A DNA stretch of 64,000 bases from Candidatus Dojkabacteria bacterium (GTDB lineage: Bacteria; Patescibacteriota; Dojkabacteria; J137). Positions 60,569-64,000 of this stretch are shown in pieces. The number at the start of each line of letters is the position of its first letter. Within the stretch, counting starts at the first letter, position 1. A program made the position numbers and the translations under genes. The DNA lies in NCBI GenBank assembly GCA_025999215.1, contig AP024679.1:36007-100006 (forward strand), read 5' to 3'. A model generated the notes under the pieces. That model ran no database searches and had not been told where the DNA came from. It saw only the letters and a program-made list of their open reading frames with translations.

Positions 60569-61021
60569 ATGCTAGTGTATTTAATTTTAAATATGAATAA
60601 CGATTTAACTCAGCTTACTAAAAACATCAAAGTTGCTCAAATCATTGAAATAAACAAGCATCCAAATGCTGATAGATTAGTACTCGTAAAGCTAGATATT
60701 GGAGCTAATCAAGTTGTAGAAATTGTAACAGGTGCCACCAATATTAATGTTTCTGATTTTGTGCCATTTCTCTCTTCCGGGTCGATAGTGCCCGGTTACA
60801 AAATATTTGAAAACAAAACCATACTTTTGCAACCAAAAGATATACGAGGAGTGGTTAGTAATGGAATGATTTTATCTGAATTTGAGGTCGGTTTTAGTGA
60901 TGATCATAGTGGTATATTTATTTTGAATGAGTTTGGAATCAATGAGGATGATATTGGAAAGAGCTTAATTGAAGTAATACCTGAAATTTTAGAAAAAGTA
61001 AGTAATAATTTTAATTATTAA
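60569..61021 (+). CDS. stand-alone tRNA-binding domain protein (CsaA/Trbp111-like, EMAP/Myf fold)
   Basis: Carries KVAQIIEINKHPNADRLVLVKLDIGANQVVEIVTGATNI...VVSNGMILSEFEVG. Confidence 0.75.
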   Translation: MLVYLILNMNNDLTQLTKNIKVAQIIEINKHPNADRLVLVKLDIGANQVVEIVTGATNINVSDFVPFLSSGSIVPGYKIFENKTILLQPKDIRGVVSNGMILSEFEVGFSDDHSGIFILNEFGINEDDIGKSLIEVIPEILEKVSNNFNY

Positions 61022-61030
61022 ATTAATAAA

Positions 61031-61537
61031 ATGTCGCTAAGAACCAAAGCTAGGATAGCTGCATTTATTTTGTTAATACTAGGTTTAGCAGGCATAGTTC
61101 TAGCTTACCCTTCCAGTGAAGATGATAGTTTTACTCAGGAAAAAGTAGAAATGAATAAAAGTTTAGATAAAGCTTTAGATAATTCTGAAATTTCAGATAC
61201 AAATTCACAAACAAATGCTTTCGAAACAAGATTTCTCGATTATGATGATGAATTATTACAATTGGCCAATGAGTACAAAATAGTTCTTTTTTTTCATGCT
61301 GATTGGTGCCCAACTTGTTTAGCCTTAGAAAGAGATATCAATCGAAATATTGATTCAATCCCTCAAAATGTTTTAATTCTGAAAGCGCCTTACGGCAACA
61401 ATGGTGAAACGGAACTAGCGCAAAAGTACAATGTGAAGGTGCAACACACTCTCATTCAACTTGACAACGAAGCTAAACCCAAAAAAACTTGGGTTGGAAG
61501 TTTTAGGCTTGAAGAAGTTATTAGTGAATTAGTTTAA
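61031..61537 (+). CDS. membrane-anchored thioredoxin-fold thiol-disulfide oxidoreductase (TlpA/ResA-like) with a variant WCPTC active site
   Basis: N-terminal TM helix AAFILLILGLAGIVLA, then ...VLFFHADWCPTCLALERD. Confidence 0.6.
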   Translation: MSLRTKARIAAFILLILGLAGIVLAYPSSEDDSFTQEKVEMNKSLDKALDNSEISDTNSQTNAFETRFLDYDDELLQLANEYKIVLFFHADWCPTCLALERDINRNIDSIPQNVLILKAPYGNNGETELAQKYNVKVQHTLIQLDNEAKPKKTWVGSFRLEEVISELV

Positions 61538-61539
61538 TT

Positions 61540-62277
61540 ATGTTACTACAAATTTTTGCATCTTTTTTTGCTGGAATATTAACTGTACTTTCACCGTGTA
61601 TTTTTCCCTTTTTACCTGTAATTTTGACTAATGGAGAAAAAAAATTAAAAAAGCCTTTAATTATAGTTGCATCGCTTTCTATTTCAGTAATAATTTCTAC
61701 TTTAATTTTTAAAACTTTAGTTGAATTATTAGATCTTCCTAAAGATTTTTTGAGAGACTTATCGGCAATACTTCTTTTTGTGATTGGTTTTTTTATCATT
61801 TTTCCAGAAGTTTGGAATTTTATTGAAAACAAATTAGAAATTAATTCAAAGTCAAACCAACTCCTCTTGATATCGAGTAAAAAACGGGGTGCATTGGGTG
61901 ATATTGCGATTGGCGCATCCCTTGGCCCTGCTTTTGCATCGTGTAGTCCTATTTACACAATAATTTTAGCTCAAGTTTTGCCAGCAAATTTTTTTGAAGG
62001 AACTATTTATTTAGTTTTCTACGCCATAGGTTTAGGATTAATTTTATTGGTAATTTCATTTTTGGGAGATGTTTTTGTCAGAACTCTTAGGTTTGCTGTT
62101 AACCCTCATGGTAATTTCAAAAAAATTGTTGGTTTTACTTTAATTATCGTGGGTTTTCTAATATTTTTTGATTATGACAAAACAATCTCATCATTTTTAC
62201 TCCAAAATGAAACTTATCTTAATTTTTTGGAAAAGGTTATAGATTTAGAATCTCAGTTTACAAATAGCTTTAATTAA
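61540..62277 (+). CDS. ccdA: CcdA/DsbD-family thiol:disulfide interchange membrane protein
   Basis: Carries AGILTVLSPCIFPFLPVIL and a second Cys motif region GASLGPAFASCSPIY. About 6 TM helices. Confidence 0.75.
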   Translation: MLLQIFASFFAGILTVLSPCIFPFLPVILTNGEKKLKKPLIIVASLSISVIISTLIFKTLVELLDLPKDFLRDLSAILLFVIGFFIIFPEVWNFIENKLEINSKSNQLLLISSKKRGALGDIAIGASLGPAFASCSPIYTIILAQVLPANFFEGTIYLVFYAIGLGLILLVISFLGDVFVRTLRFAVNPHGNFKKIVGFTLIIVGFLIFFDYDKTISSFLLQNETYLNFLEKVIDLESQFTNSFN

Positions 62278-62279
62278 GT

Positions 62280-62891
62280 TTAATTTTTTGAGATCTTGAG
62301 TGCATCCCTGATATTTTTGTAGTCAAACCCTAGATTAATTAATTTCATTTTAAGTGTTTCATTATTTGAGTGTTTATTTTTCTGCAAGTACGTCATTATT
62401 TTCTCTATTTCTTTTTCTGTTTGATAATTTTTATTTAAAGCTTTATTGATAATTTGGTTACTGACTCCTTTATTTTTTAATTCAAACATAATTTTCCTCC
62501 TACCAATTAATTTGTGCTCTACCCTATTTTTTACATACCAATCAGCAAAATTATCATCATTTAATAAATTTTTTGATTTTAAGGTATTTAAAATTTCTTC
62601 AATTTGATTTTGCCTTAATTGCAATTTGTATTGAGCATATTGCAAAAATTCTTGGATACTTCTTGGTCTCAAACTTAACCATCTTTTCACTCTTTCATAA
62701 ATTCTAGGATCAATAGCATTAGATTTAACATTTTCAAGTTCTATTGAACGTAAAGTTTTTCCTTTGTATAAATTATGTTCAACCACACTATCAATATGAA
62801 CTGTGGCAAATAATTTATCATTAATGTAAATCTCAACATAATTTTTATATTTTGGAGATTTTGCAATTTTGGTTATTATATTACCTTTCAC
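62280..62891 (-). CDS. recX: RecX-like regulatory protein
   Basis: Three-helical-repeat architecture and conserved ...RSIQEFLQYAQYKLQLRQNQIEEILNTLKSKNLLNDDNFADWYV; 203 aa. Confidence 0.65.
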   Translation of the reverse strand: MKGNIITKIAKSPKYKNYVEIYINDKLFATVHIDSVVEHNLYKGKTLRSIELENVKSNAIDPRIYERVKRWLSLRPRSIQEFLQYAQYKLQLRQNQIEEILNTLKSKNLLNDDNFADWYVKNRVEHKLIGRRKIMFELKNKGVSNQIINKALNKNYQTEKEIEKIMTYLQKNKHSNNETLKMKLINLGFDYKNIRDALKISKN

Positions 62892-63924
62892 GTGTAAAGA
62901 ATCCTATTTTTAATTTTTCTAATAAAAGATTGAGCGAAATTAGGGTAATAAATTTATAAAAGCTAAATATACAAATCAAAAGTCTAAAAATATACTCTGG
63001 ATTGTAATTTGTAACTAACCAATATGTAAAACTAAGCATTACTATTCTTCCAAAAAGTTGTATTGTTTCTAAAATTATATTTAATTCTTCAATATTTTCG
63101 CTTTTAAAATCTTTTAAAATCAAGTCTTTGGTACTTGTTTCTAAATCTTCTTTAACCGTATCAGATGTTGATGAAGTAATCACGACAAGCGCACTACGCA
63201 CAAAAAGAGCTGGAAAATTCCATAATGCTGCAAATACTACATTAAAAACACTTCTTAAAAAATATCCCCAAAGCCCAATTTTGTATTTAAAGTTACTAGA
63301 TCGTTTAGCTTCAAAATATGAACTCAATGCTGAAATTAACCCAATCACACTTAAAAATGAACCAACACCGAGCTCACTTTCCAAAAACAAAAAAGGAATA
63401 ATTGCAAATATTGCAACAAACAATGAATTTATACCCGAATCAAAAAAGAAAATTATACCTTGGAACAAAAAACTCTTTCGTTTAACTATGTTTAAAATGC
63501 TTTTCGAGCTAATTTTATTTTGTGGTAGTTTATTATATTTCCACGGAACCAAAAACAAACCTAGCTGAACCAAAAAACCAAGTAAAAATAACGAAACATA
63601 ACTTTCATCAAAAGAGACTAAACTACCTACCATGAAAGGTATTACTATCCCCAAAATTAACTCCAAACTTTTTTGAGTGTTTATAAAAACACTTCTTTCT
63701 TGGCCATGTAATTCTTTTATATAAAAAGTATGATGAACTGCCCAATAAAGTCCGTGCGGAATCGATCTTAATACTGCTATAACCATGTATTTTTCCCCAA
63801 TCTCATCAATCAAAAGTAAAGTTGCAATTATAGGTATCAAGCTCATAGAATACATAAACCTCATTGCAAAAAGATACCCAGCGGAATCCAAAATCATTGT
63901 TCCAACAATAAAAATAACCCACAA
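62881..63924 (-). CDS. polytopic membrane protein, transporter-like (possibly MFS); the N-terminus may extend toward the window edge
   Basis: About 10 hydrophobic helices. The ORF start at 63924 is only 76 nt from the window end. Confidence 0.35.
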   Translation of the reverse strand: MWVIFIVGTMILDSAGYLFAMRFMYSMSLIPIIATLLLIDEIGEKYMVIAVLRSIPHGLYWAVHHTFYIKELHGQERSVFINTQKSLELILGIVIPFMVGSLVSFDESYVSLFLLGFLVQLGLFLVPWKYNKLPQNKISSKSILNIVKRKSFLFQGIIFFFDSGINSLFVAIFAIIPFLFLESELGVGSFLSVIGLISALSSYFEAKRSSNFKYKIGLWGYFLRSVFNVVFAALWNFPALFVRSALVVITSSTSDTVKEDLETSTKDLILKDFKSENIEELNIILETIQLFGRIVMLSFTYWLVTNYNPEYIFRLLICIFSFYKFITLISLNLLLEKLKIGFFTRER

Positions 63925-64000
63925 AGATAAATAAAAAATTAAATATTCTAAAATTATAATTGTTAAGTCGTTTGTTGCTCTGTAAAGTAGAATTTGATAA

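Noticed and set aside
1-64000. Alternative genetic code (UGA as Gly in code 25 or Trp in code 4), considered to explain split genes; several gene-piece junctions do end in TGA
   Set aside because: Long conserved genes (Clp chaperone 830 aa, GltX 497 aa, HK 755 aa, 993-aa hydrolase) are fully open in the standard code and use TGG for conserved Trp. The examined junctions are better explained by one-base frame shifts: downstream conserved sequence continues in a different frame, not in-frame after the TGA.

Overview
This is a very AT-rich (about 29-30% GC by eye), gene-dense bacterial window with many overlapping or abutting genes and a bacterial ribosomal protein S20 gene. It carries several archaeal/eukaryote-type genes (an Elp3 homologue, an M42 TET-like peptidase and a small restriction-endonuclease-fold protein loosely reminiscent of Hjc), which suggests a reduced-genome, possibly CPR/Patescibacteria-like organism. 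Long intact ORFs (Clp-family chaperone 830 aa, GltX 497 aa, a 993-aa secreted protein) are read with TGG for Trp and contain no in-frame TGA, so the standard code 11 applies.

Layout along the window:
(1) 0.2-21.8 kb is a large cell-surface glycan/glycoconjugate locus. It holds rfbB, rfbA, ugd, a UDP-sugar epimerase, about ten glycosyltransferases (GT2, GT4, a GT2-GT4 fusion and two GT-C membrane enzymes of PMT/ArnT-like and YfhO-like type), an FkbM methyltransferase, a prenyltransferase-repeat-like protein and a Wzm/Wzt ABC exporter.
(2) 21.8-27.6 kb holds a decayed subtilisin-like protease with lectin-like propeller repeats, a PGRP-type amidase and two more GT4 genes.
(3) 27.6-30.3 kb holds a TolB-like propeller protein and small proteins.
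(4) 29.6-32.1 kb holds a divergent Trm9-like methyltransferase / Elp3 pair.
(5) 34.8-42.9 kb is a peptidase island (two M16, M42, M28-like, M20) together with a ClpB/ClpC-family chaperone.
(6) 43.0-45.1 kb holds an unknown 490-aa protein and a small restriction-endonuclease-fold candidate protein, preceded by a promoter, a structured ~106-nt RNA and an intrinsic terminator.
(7) 45.2-50.8 kb holds a secreted GH-A-clan-like hydrolase and a NAGPA-M23 peptidoglycan hydrolase.
(8) 50.9-58.6 kb holds a REC-only regulator, gltX, a 7TM histidine kinase, a Rossmann-fold unknown and two tandem XRE-HTH paralogues with gene-converted identical 5' halves.
(9) 58.6-64.0 kb holds rpsT, a putative nucleotidyltransferase/partner TA-like pair, a CsaA-like tRNA-binding protein, a thioredoxin-like/CcdA pair, recX and a transporter-like gene.

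The window shows many single-base frameshifts in otherwise conserved genes. Several coincide with short A/T or C homopolymers, so the assembly probably carries indel errors, and split genes are flagged rather than over-interpreted as pseudogenes. No rRNA, tRNA or CRISPR array was found.
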